From an uncultured Flavobacterium sp. (GTDB taxonomy: Bacteria; Bacteroidota; Bacteroidia; Flavobacteriales; Flavobacteriaceae): a stretch of 42,015 bases of DNA. The translations under genes were made by a program, and so were the position numbers. The notes beneath the pieces are model-generated. The model saw only the letters and a list, made by a program, of their open reading frames with translations, ran no database searches and was not told the origin of the DNA. The DNA lies in NCBI GenBank assembly GCA_964612905.1, contig CAZTFN010000001.1, positions 1 to 42,015 on the forward strand. The letters run 5' to 3'. Of this stretch, positions 1 through 8,600 are shown in pieces. The stretch's first letter is position 1; every line of letters begins with the position of its first letter.

Positions 1-148
1 TACTGCGTTTCTTTGGATACGATTACGACAGCTATGGAAATGTAACCAAAGAAACGCAGTACGGTAAAGGTTCCATCAGTATTTCCTGACACTTCACCGT
101 ACTGCGTTTCTTTGGTTACATTTCCATAGCTGTCGTAATCGTATCCAA
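1..148. repeat. Fold-back: 53-bp perfect inverted repeat (13-65 vs 96-148) plus 16-bp direct copy (1-16 = 100-115); probable chimeric contig end
   Basis: ttggatacgattacgacagc...gaaacgcagtacggt (13-65) is the exact reverse complement of 96-148; tactgcgtttctttgg occurs at 1-16 and 100-115. Confidence 0.95.
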
Positions 149-2888
149 CCGCAGTATCAGTATGTGAGCTAGTACCGTCGTACTGTAAGGTCAATACTGA
201 TTCTGTTTGAATGCTGTTTGAAATACCTCCGAGATTATTTTCCTCGTAGTTGGTTCTTATTATTTCGTAGTTATTACCCACTCCATCAGCAACAGAGGTT
301 TCATATACCTTTCCAATTTTAGCGTAAGAATCAGTTGGTTCATTTCCCTGCTGTCCGTTTCCTTGGTGGAGCTTGCTTGTTTCTACCGAACCATCAGGGT
401 GTGTTGTGATAACTGAACCGAACCCTGCGAATCGTCTATCGTGAGGGTCGCCATAGTAATAGTCAGCATCTATGTAAGAGTAATTAGTGGTAGCAATATT
501 GCCTTCCAAATCGTCAGTTGTTATTGAGGTTACCACTGGTACAGTAAATGGGACTTTATTAGAAGTATCTTCTACCTGTGCAGTTGAGTATGTAAACTCA
601 GTTGTTCCTCCTTCACTTGAAGTAATGACCTCAAGAGCTAGTGGTTCAGAGCGGTTGAGAAACACCTTTCCATTGTTGTTTGAGCTGTGCAAGTCGATTG
701 CATCAGGAAGCCCATCGCCATCAATATCGATGAGATGTTTATCAAATCCCTTGTTTTGACCACTTCCGTACTCTCTAAATTCAAAGTTTGCAGGGAGTTG
801 CCAAGAGGTATTAAGTTGCCATCCATTACCTGTGTTAATACGTACTGCCTTTACCCATTGACTGCTGTTGTTATTGAAAAATGAGGTAATTGCATCCAAG
901 AGTCCGTCACCATTAATATCCGCAAAGCGGTTTGCATACTCCATTTCGTGATCATAAGAGTAATTATTGTCTAATACAAAACTCTCTCCATTGTTAATGT
1001 AGATTTTTGCATTAGCGGAAGAACCATTGGCTATTGGGTTTCCTGTTAGGTCAGCGAGATCAGCTAGACCATCAGCATTGATATCAACAAGATTTACATC
1101 TCTAATTTCATGGCTTCCACCATACTCCTTGAAGAACATTGAGCTTGGTAACTGCCAGTTGGTTGTTGTCTTTTGCCATCCTGTTCCAGTGTTGATGGCT
1201 ACCTCATTAGAAATATTGTTATTTCGTTTGTATGAACGGATGTAGTCAGGAAGCCTGTCTCCATTGAGGTCTGCAAACTTAACAGAACCTGCAACATAGT
1301 GACGGAACGTGTAGTCCATATCTCGCACAAAAGAGCTTCCTGTGTTTAGGTACACCTTGGCTAAGTATCTGTCTTTTTTTCCGTTAATACCGTTAGGTGA
1401 CGTATCCACCAAGTCATCAAGCCCATCACCATCAATGTCGATAAGGTAAATCTCAAAGACCCTGTTTCCATTTCCAATCTCTCTGAAAGTCATATTGGTC
1501 AGCGGTAAATTCCAATCTGGACTTGTTTGCCAACCGCTTCCTGTATTTAAGTAGGTTTGCTTTTGGATGTAACCATTTTGTCGGTAAGAGCGGATATAGT
1601 CAGTAAGCCCATCTCCATTAAGGTCTCCAAAACGAGTGGCATTACTCCAATCATGGTCTACCTCGTAAGGGAGGTTTTCCAAGAAGTCCTCGTTGATATT
1701 TGGATTATCATGAGTGTACTCTAGGTCAAGAGGCGGGAGAGAAAGTGACGTAGAGCCCTCACTTCCCGTAAGGGTAATATCACTAATACTCTCGTTGCTG
1801 TGAGTAAAATCATAGGTAGAAGTAACGCTATTATCAGTAAGCACCTCTATTTGATTTATCCAGTATAAGCTTTCTACTTCAAAAGAAGGAGTGTAGATAG
1901 TGTATGGATTTGTTCGTGTGGTTCGGTTGAAATTAACTTTATACAATCCTCCTGCATATGTAACAGTTTCAGGATAAATTTGTCCTCCGTCTTTAAAGTA
2001 GGTGTAATCAATAACATTTCCATTGGTATCGGTTACCTTTTCAAGCATCCAAGTGAAAATCTCTGAAGTATTTACAGAGTTATCCTGCCGAGCACTTGCC
2101 GTCAATCCAAACTCGTAACTCGTTCCCTCCTTATCTGTTATTGTCCAAACATTACCCGAATATTCGTACTTCAAAAAAGAACCATTTTCAATACGAGGGG
2201 TATAAACACCACCTCCTTGACTAACAAGTTCTCCATCAAATGATGAAGTGAAGTAGTTATCTGTGTAAAGCGTATCTGTTCCCTTTTTATTTATTCTCTG
2301 AATAAAAGGAATGTCTAACAACCACCCTTTACCAATAACTGAGCTTTGCAGTTTGTTACTACTATTGTATACAACTACGATTTCAGGAGTGAGTCCATTA
2401 CGCCCTTGTGGAAGTGCTATTGGATATTCGTAGTTCAATGAACCATTTGAAGTTGAAACGCTAGGGGCTACAAATCCTCCTAATGTTTGAGAGTCTGGTT
2501 CAACTTGCTCTGAAGAACGAGCAAGCGACAGTTGTTCAGTTGCTAGGAGCTCTGTTCCAATAATCTCCTGCCTCCTTTGATCGTACTCCTCTTGTGAAAT
2601 CTTTTCTGATTTCAAGAGTCTGTCTAACTCAGCAATTTCTCTTTGCTGTTCTTTTGAGAGTTCGGGTTCTTGAACTACAAACTCTTGTTGCAAAGAGGTT
2701 TGTTCTTCTGTGGACTCAATACTCTGAACTTCTTTTGATTCAGAGACCGAAGTTTCTTCTGATAATGATATTTCTTGTGCGAAGGTGGTTGTTGCAACAA
2801 AAAAAGTCGTCAAGAAAATGACGACTTGTAAGAGCACAACAAAAAAACCTTGCGTATAATTTTTAAATGTATTGCTTGGAATTTTCAT
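1..2888 (-). CDS. Partial (3'-truncated) SpvB / FG-GAP(VCBS) / TcdB-midN / YD-repeat Rhs-Tc-type toxin protein, >=940 aa, with signal peptide
   Basis: Manual translation from ATG at 2888: MKIPSNTFKNYTQGFFVVLLQVVIFLTTFFVATTTFAQE (signal peptide), then GSLNYEYPIALPQGRNGLTPEIVVVYNS...GKGWLLDIPFIQR...WMLEKVTDTNGNVIDYTY (SpvB-like), six D-x-[ND]-[GA]-D-[GR]-L-x-D repeats, RRFAGFG (TcdB midN-like), YDYDSYGNVTKE. Frame consistent where checked (1619, 899, 149) and open to the window edge, which explains its absence from the ORF track. Confidence 0.9.
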   Translation of the reverse strand, partial: MKIPSNTFKNYTQGFFVVLLQVVIFLTTFFVATTTFAQEISLSEETSVSESKEVQSIESTEEQTSLQQEFVVQEPELSKEQQREIAELDRLLKSEKISQEEYDQRRQEIIGTELLATEQLSLARSSEQVEPDSQTLGGFVAPSVSTSNGSLNYEYPIALPQGRNGLTPEIVVVYNSSNKLQSSVIGKGWLLDIPFIQRINKKGTDTLYTDNYFTSSFDGELVSQGGGVYTPRIENGSFLKYEYSGNVWTITDKEGTSYEFGLTASARQDNSVNTSEIFTWMLEKVTDTNGNVIDYTYFKDGGQIYPETVTYAGGLYKVNFNRTTRTNPYTIYTPSFEVESLYWINQIEVLTDNSVTSTYDFTHSNESISDITLTGSEGSTSLSLPPLDLEYTHDNPNINEDFLENLPYEVDHDWSNATRFGDLNGDGLTDYIRSYRQNGYIQKQTYLNTGSGWQTSPDWNLPLTNMTFREIGNGNRVFEIYLIDIDGDGLDDLVDTSPNGINGKKDRYLAKVYLNTGSSFVRDMDYTFRHYVAGSVKFADLNGDRLPDYIRSYKRNNNISNEVAINTGTGWQKTTTNWQLPSSMFFKEYGGSHEIRDVNLVDINADGLADLADLTGNPIANGSSANAKIYINNGESFVLDNNYSYDHEMEYANRFADINGDGLLDAITSFFNNNSSQWVKAVRINTGNGWQLNTSWQLPANFEFREYGSGQNKGFDKHLIDIDGDGLPDAIDLHSSNNNGKVFLNRSEPLALEVITSSEGGTTEFTYSTAQVEDTSNKVPFTVPVVTSITTDDLEGNIATTNYSYIDADYYYGDPHDRRFAGFGSVITTHPDGSVETSKLHQGNGQQGNEPTDSYAKIGKVYETSVADGVGNNYEIIRTNYEENNLGGISNSIQTESVLTLQYDGTSSHTDTAVGYDYDSYGNVTKETQYGEVSGNTDGTFTVLRFFGYISIAVVIVSKETQ

Positions 2889-2940
2889 ACGTGGGTTAAG
2901 TATAGTAAGTGTGAAGTGGCGTGTAAAGTAAGTACCAACC

Positions 2941-3090
2941 AAAAAGCCCATCACCAAGGTAGAACTGCTCAGAGCAGTTCTTACACACAAGTTTCCAAGG
3001 TGTAGCACAAACCAGTACAACCCATTGATGATGGGGTTTCTAAACTGGTTCGTGACTTGGGCTATTTGAACCGTGTCCTCATTGAGGGGT
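2941..3090 (-). ncRNA. Putative structured 5' leader (cis-regulatory RNA) with alternative pairings
   Basis: Perfect hairpin agaactgctc-a-gagcagttct (2961-2981); 11-bp stem 2947-2957/3025-3035 followed by a U-run on the minus strand; competing 11-bp stem 3006-3016/3044-3054; hairpin cctcattgagg 3077-3087. Confidence 0.5.
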
Positions 3091-3114
3091 TAGGTTTCTT
3101 GGTTGTTAGAAATT

Positions 3115-3143
3115 ACTATAGCAGAGAGGGAAAAATACTCCAA
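3115..3143 (-). promoter_or_regulatory. sigma70-type promoter TTGGAG-N17-TATAGT with extended -10 TG
   Basis: Minus strand reads ttggag tatttttccctctctgc tatagt; exact 17-nt spacer; lies just upstream of the structured leader. Confidence 0.55.
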
Positions 3144-3321
3144 GAGGAACTTGTGTTAAAATCTTTTTGAATTGATTTCTTCTATTACAGCAATGTTTAA
3201 TAACTTTTAAAAGTACCTCTTAAAAAACTGATTCAACACGAACTTACCTATCACAGATATTATAAGAAAACCATAAGCAGGTTGATTTTGAATAAGCTAG
3301 AAAGTTTGAATTAATGAATAA

Positions 3322-3356
3322 TAAAAGACACCCCAATTAATTGAGGTGTCTTTTTA
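3322..3356 (-). terminator. Intrinsic terminator (bidirectional-type)
   Basis: aaaagacacc-ccaattaattga-ggtgtctttt directly after the stop of 3383-3736. Confidence 0.8.
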
Positions 3357-3382
3357 TAGCTATAAAATATTACAGACTAGTT

Positions 3383-3736
3383 TTAATCTATTGGTTTTAA
3401 GGATATATCGATTGTATTTTTCTTACTATATATATCCTTAGTTTCATGAAATCCTTCAAAATTTGGAGTATTTACTTTAACTTCAATATAGGCTCCTTTA
3501 TCAAACGTATGAGAATATTTCCCTTTATCATTTGTTGTAATAGTTACCTTTTCTTCCTCAGAATAACTCTGATCTGGTGAATTTCCATACTTCCAACAAA
3601 TTATGGTTACTTCTAAATTCTTGAGGTATTCACCTGTCACTGAATTTTTCACTGTACCATCAACTACTAAGTTTTCTATATCCTTTCCTTGGCAGGAAAA
3701 CATAAGAATCGCTAATAATATTACTAATTTTTTCAT
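3383..3736 (-). CDS. Small lipoprotein, carboxypeptidase-regulatory/transthyretin-like beta-sandwich; candidate orphan immunity protein
   Basis: Lipobox MKKLVILLAILMFSC; VDGTVKNSVTGEYLKNLEV...TNDKGKYS pattern; position downstream of Rhs. Confidence 0.7.
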   Translation of the reverse strand: MKKLVILLAILMFSCQGKDIENLVVDGTVKNSVTGEYLKNLEVTIICWKYGNSPDQSYSEEEKVTITTNDKGKYSHTFDKGAYIEVKVNTPNFEGFHETKDIYSKKNTIDISLKPID

Positions 3737-3751
3737 TGTTTCAATTCCAAC

Positions 3752-3784
3752 AAAAAAAAGGAGCTACCCACGGTAGCTCCTTTT
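3752..3784 (-). terminator. Intrinsic terminator
   Basis: aaaaaaaaggagctacc-cac-ggtagctcctttt. Confidence 0.85.
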
Positions 3785-3789
3785 AATAA

Positions 3790-4097
3790 TCATTTACTGT
3801 GTGTCACTTTAAGAATACGACAATCTTTCTTATTAATCTCTATGTAAGGTGTTCCTCCTTTCACACCTTTTTCAAGTGTTCCTTCAACAACCATACAGTA
3901 TCATCATCAACCAAATATGCTTTATAGGGCTTAAATTTAGTTACTTTCTCTCCATATATAGGAATCCAAATAGCCTCAGCTATTTTTTTAGCTGTTTCTT
4001 TATTGGGAACATAATCCATCGAATTTTGTTCATTAGAATCTGTACTTTTTGAAAAAAAAGTTATAATTAAAAACATTGATATAATTATATTTTTCAT
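3790..4097 (-). pseudogene. NTF2-fold immunity protein (YbbC/YhhH-like), frameshifted near 3890
   Basis: N-half DYVPNKETAKKIAEAIWIPIYG...KPYKAYL..DTVW; after a 1-nt shift the frame continues VEGTLEKGVKGGTPYIEINKKDCRILKVTHSK to TGA at 3790-3792, matching the family's typical C-terminus. Confidence 0.8.
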
Positions 4098-4222
4098 CTT
4101 TCTAGTTTTAATTTTTTAGCAATCTAAGCATTTTGGTGATGTCGGTGTCGTGACACAGGCACAATTGTTTCTGATTGTATTGTCTGACTAACAGGTGTCA
4201 GGCATTCTAAGGAATAAAATTT

Positions 4223-4256
4223 AAAACGCCTACTTTTTCAAAAGTAGGCGTTTTTT
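4223..4256 (-). terminator. Intrinsic terminator
   Basis: aaaacgcctactttt-tc-aaaagtaggcgtttttt after the stop at 4275. Confidence 0.85.
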
Positions 4257-4274
4257 ATTGTCAAAAAATGACCA

Positions 4275-4889
4275 TTAATATTCATCGTCCTCTGATCTCT
4301 CGATACCTAAACATACTTCTTTATACAAAGGCTCCAATCTAAACCTACTATCCTTGGAAAGATGTTTATACATGATACAGAATTTTTCTTTATTACTATT
4401 CACAGCATCCTCAATACTTGCGGAATAACTACCTGCATATTCTCCGTCAGTAAATTGAGCCATATTTAAAGCTAAGAAAAGAACATCTCCCTTATCTGAT
4501 CTAGCATAATCAAAAATTTTGAAATCTATTTTTTCAAAAAAACTAGAGTCCATATCACCAAGGTACGAATATCCATAATAATGAGAAAACTCTTTAGCCG
4601 TAATAGGAATTATACTTTGAATTTCTTCCCAAGCATACTTTCTATCTGGAAAATCCTGATTTAGCCCTTTTAATTTAGCTTTATATTCATCTAACTTTCT
4701 TTGAACATCTTTGGGAGGAATAGTATCCAAAACTTTTACATTTAGATTTTTCTCGGATTCCTTTTTTTTCTGTGACAAATCCTTTTCTTCAACTTTTTTT
4801 TGTGTATCAGGAATTGACTTATTTTCTTTCTGATTACAGCCAATAAGAAAGAAGACGACTAAAATGGATACTATAAATGTATGTCTCAT
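4275..4889 (-). CDS. Hypothetical lipoprotein, candidate immunity protein (start revised from 4979 to 4889)
   Basis: MRHTFIVSILVVFFLIGC lipobox begins at ATG 4889; the longer ORF-track start runs through a terminator hairpin. Confidence 0.75.
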   Translation of the reverse strand: MRHTFIVSILVVFFLIGCNQKENKSIPDTQKKVEEKDLSQKKKESEKNLNVKVLDTIPPKDVQRKLDEYKAKLKGLNQDFPDRKYAWEEIQSIIPITAKEFSHYYGYSYLGDMDSSFFEKIDFKIFDYARSDKGDVLFLALNMAQFTDGEYAGSYSASIEDAVNSNKEKFCIMYKHLSKDSRFRLEPLYKEVCLGIERSEDDEY

Positions 4890-4920
4890 CTTAATTCCAA
4901 AAACATGGATTATCAGCTTC

Positions 4921-4952
4921 AAAAAAGCACTGCAAACTCTAGAGTGCTTTTT
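4921..4952 (-). terminator. Intrinsic terminator closing the Rhs-immunity transcript
   Basis: aaaaaagcact-gcaaactctag-agtgcttttt between 4973 and 4889. Confidence 0.65.
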
Positions 4953-4972
4953 CAAAATTATTGGTTGAAAAG

Positions 4973-5608
4973 TTACCAATTAGTTTTATTAATAATTTCT
5001 TCTGGAGAAATGTTATCCCTGTAAATTCCTATTTTGATTTTACTTAGTTTATTCTCTGAGAATTTAAAAAGACCTATTTTATTTCCAGATTGATATATGG
5101 CAATATTGTCTTTCTTATTTATAGGCTCTCCCAAATACTCTATAATATCAGAATAAGTCTGACCTATCTTAACATTCCCTTCATAAAGAGAAATTCCTTT
5201 TTTATATAAGTTGATCTCTATGAACTGATCAGTGTTTTTTTCATAAATGTATGGATTAATAGAATCATAGATTATTAAATTACCTACGAGAGTATCCCCA
5301 TTACCATAATCTTTAATCAAATTGTAAAGTCCATAAAATTTATTATTCTCTTTGTCAGGAAAAAAAGCACGTTCCTCTTTATCTAAAAAAGTCGTTGTTA
5401 CTCCGTCAAGTTGAGATTTAATGTTTTGAACATCAATATCCATATCGATAAATCGATTTTGTTTTACAACTGGATTGTTATTCGATACTTTCTCAATTTC
5501 CTCTTTTACTTCAATTTTCTCTTCTTTAGCTTTATCATTAGTCTTGCAAGAAGTTAAGACCATTGCAAATAAAGTGAATGCGAAAAATTTAATATTTAGT
5601 TTTGTCAT
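4973..5608 (-). CDS. Lipoprotein, probable cognate immunity protein of the Rhs toxin; C-terminal BLIP/SmpA-like motif
   Basis: Lipobox FAMVLTSC; starts 11 nt after the Rhs stop; VKIGQTYSDIIEYLGEP...IAIY...FKFSENKLSKI motif. Confidence 0.75.
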   Translation of the reverse strand: MTKLNIKFFAFTLFAMVLTSCKTNDKAKEEKIEVKEEIEKVSNNNPVVKQNRFIDMDIDVQNIKSQLDGVTTTFLDKEERAFFPDKENNKFYGLYNLIKDYGNGDTLVGNLIIYDSINPYIYEKNTDQFIEINLYKKGISLYEGNVKIGQTYSDIIEYLGEPINKKDNIAIYQSGNKIGLFKFSENKLSKIKIGIYRDNISPEEIINKTNW

Positions 5609-5619
5609 GACTGATTATT

Positions 5620-8600
5620 TTAGTTTCCTTCTTTCCAATTATCTCTTCTGAAATCTCCATCATGTAATCTTTGAGGGTCAGAATTCCATTCCCATAATTG
5701 TCGTTCTCTAGCTCGTCGCTGACAATCATAACAGGCTTGTTGTCCAACTGGTTGAATTCCTGCTGGAGTAAGTCCTGCACCAGCGGGTGTAACAGCTGAT
5801 CTTGGAGAGACTAATTGGTTCATCAATTTTATTACATCTATACTACCCCCTAGATTATCGACTTCAACTCCATTTTTAAATTCTAAAAAGCTGTCTGTTC
5901 TAGGATTGTACATCCAATAAATCATCGCATTGCCGCTCTCTACAGGACTCTTACCTAATCCAACAGAATCATTTCCTCCTATTACTGTTACACCTGTTAT
6001 CTTAGATAACTCAGCCGCAAAAGATCTAGGATCAGATGTCCCACATGTTCCCGCATTACAATTTCCAACATAAATTATAGCATCGCTTGTAAACTTAACA
6101 TCTCCATTTTTTATAGAGTTGTTAAGTTCACTCAAATCTGAAGTATTCATATAAAAACTTGATCCACTACCCCATACGCTTCCCGCAGATCCATGTCCCC
6201 AGATAGCAACAAAAGCTATTCCTTTAGGGTCTGATGCCGAAGCATCTTTAAAAGCTTGAGCAAACTCACTACCACCACCTTTTTGAATATTGGTATGAAT
6301 AGCATCAGGTTGGGCTTGTTGAACCATTCCTCCTCTATATTGAACATCTTTACCCATGGTAATAGCAAGGACTGCTTCTAAACCTTCTAATTCAAAATGA
6401 CTAATCACTTTATTCTCACTAAATGCATAAGGCGAATTATAGAAGAATTTTTCCGCTAGAGGGTCAATATTATGAAAACGAGCTAAAGAAGCATCGTAAT
6501 TTCTCCATTTGAAAGCGTGCCAATTTAATCCCAACTCATCATCTATTTTTTGTCCTTGGAACGTTTTATCTTTCTGTCCCAGAGAGTTCCCATTTGAAGA
6601 AATTACGTTATTATACCCTTTATGTTTCAGTCCAAAAGGATAAAAATGATTTTCATCTATGATTTCATTGGTATTTGGGTCTCCACTTACAGTAATGACT
6701 CCATCACTATCGTTGTCACTGTAGGAGAGTCTTACATTTCCTAAGTGATCTTTGTATTGGTAGACATATTCAAAAACTCCATTTTCGTATTTTACATAGC
6801 CTTCCGCATGATTAAAGAATTGCAATATATTGTTCCTGTAGATGTAATTTCCTGCATATTCGGTGGTCGTGGAAGCAATTCCAGAACCTGCAACTACTTT
6901 CTTTAGTTTTAAGCCTGTAGCATCATAGGTGTAGGTAATGTTGGCTTGTTGACTTGCAAATCCAATGGAAGTAGGGAGATTTAAAAAGTTATACTGAATG
7001 TCACTTGTAATTCCTTTATTAGAATCTCTTAACATATTTCCATTCACATCATAGGTGTACTCTGTCGTCACATTAGCTCCATCCTTAAACCCGTGGTTGT
7101 CATCTCCATTGTCCAGTACTTTTTTAAGCTGGTTGGAGTTTGTATCGTATGTATAGACTAAATTATCCATATATCCTGTAATTGGACTGGTTCCGTTATG
7201 GCCTCTTCTCTGCAAGGTAAGGATGTTTCCATTCTTATCATAACTGATTCCTGTCAAATTGTAGGTTCCTGTATTATCAACAGCACTGGTAATTCTATTC
7301 AAAACGTCATAGCTGTAGTTGTATTGGTTGCTCACAGCACTTCCTGTATTGTAAACAGAGCTCGCCGTGCTCCAGCTCGCTTGACTGATGTTTCCATTAA
7401 ATAGTGGAGTTGTATTTGTACCAACTGGATCATTGTAATGTAGGCTAAAGTCAAATAAATCATTGTCATTCTGAGCATCATTATTGATGTTTTTGAGCCA
7501 GCCTCTCACGTTATAGGTGTAATCTACATTTTGTAATCCTTTGCTGTTGTCTACAATATGAAGGTTTTTAATAGGAGATCCATTACCACACATACTAACA
7601 TCTCCAATCAAAGATCCCGTTGATGGCTTTTCAGAAATGTAGAACGTTTTTCCATTACGCTTGTAGTGGATTTTGTCTCCAATACGTTCGATTCTGAAGA
7701 TATCTCCTATTTGAAATTGACCAAAGTTCCCTTTATAAGAGGTGTTTTCGTACACGACATACCCCGTTCCTTCATTGTAAATAGCATAGTCAATGGTGGT
7801 CCAAACTGCATTGACATTTGTGTCGGAAAGTCCTACCATGAAAAAGCTATCGTCATTTGCTTCGTACTCCACATATCCATCGGCCTGAAAGCTTCCTACT
7901 GTGGCCAATCCAACATGCCAACAAGAACCACTGGTCTTTGAAATGATACCATTTGAAATGCTCACCCCACTGGTTACATCGGTGAAGCCTTGAACAGCTC
8001 CGTTTCCTACCAGCTTGCTTTCCAATTGCCCTAGATCATCATAGTTGTTCTTTACAATTCTTTCCATGAATTGATTCTTAACCTGCTGCGATTGGCTTAC
8101 AAGTCGATCCATATGATCATACTCAAAGCGATCTATCGTCACTAGATTAGTGGTGGCTCCTGTTTTTGTATGCGTTGTAGTAGTCTCCAGTACTTTCCCT
8201 ACAAAATCCAACTTACTCTCCACAATATCTGTAGTTCCTAGATGCTCATTTTGAGAATAGGTGTATACAGGTCTTGCCTGGTCGTCATAATAATTGACCG
8301 TCTTAATAAAGTTGGAAGTTCCCAATACTCTTGTCCAAATGCACAGCGGTAGTCCTTGGGTTTGAGTGGTGGCAGTATTTCCATAAGAGAGAGAAGGTGT
8401 GCTAAATCCTGAAGGGAAGAAATTACTATTGTAACTATCGTAATAGTTGATAGTGAAAATTGTTACGGAAGTCGTATTTGGAAATGAGTTTTTCGTATAA
8501 AATACAGGAGTACCACTCATGAGTATTTGACCTGTACGTAGTTCAAAATTTGCTCCTGAGAAACTATCTATATTTGATTGCATGGTCTCTCTAGAGACAT

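Noticed and set aside
1-148. Inverted repeat as transposon end, invertible switch or hairpin telomere
   Set aside because: It duplicates coding sequence of the toxin gene, sits at the sequence edge and has no recombinase nearby; an artefact is more parsimonious
487-2821. Short ORF-track calls (487-759, 638-826, 687-884, 1027-1245, 2594-2821)
   Set aside because: All are antisense or off-frame shadows of the long minus-strand toxin frame
63-2888. Alternative genetic code (UGA recoding) for the foreign-looking gene
   Set aside because: The frame reads through in the standard code wherever I translated it; no recoding is needed
2941-3060. tRNA or known riboswitch
   Set aside because: No T-loop GTTCRA in cloverleaf context, no CCA end, and no aptamer consensus I recognise
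4140-4205. Small palindromes gtgtcgtgacac and tgtctgac...gtcaggca as an IS/MITE remnant
   Set aside because: Too short, single copy, no target duplication; cannot be supported
3322-4952. Integron attC sites or CRISPR repeats between the small genes
   Set aside because: The hairpins differ in sequence, lack RYYYAAC/GTTRRRY ends and look like ordinary terminators; no integrase or cas gene is present
4890-4979. N-terminal extension of the 234-aa ORF
   Set aside because: It overlaps the upstream stop and a terminator; the lipoprotein signal starts at 4889
5589-5780. 63-aa minus-strand ORF overlapping the Rhs 3' end, as a frameshifted toxin tail or small immunity gene
   Set aside because: Almost wholly inside the Rhs frame and overlapping the next gene's start; no motif support, though not strictly excluded
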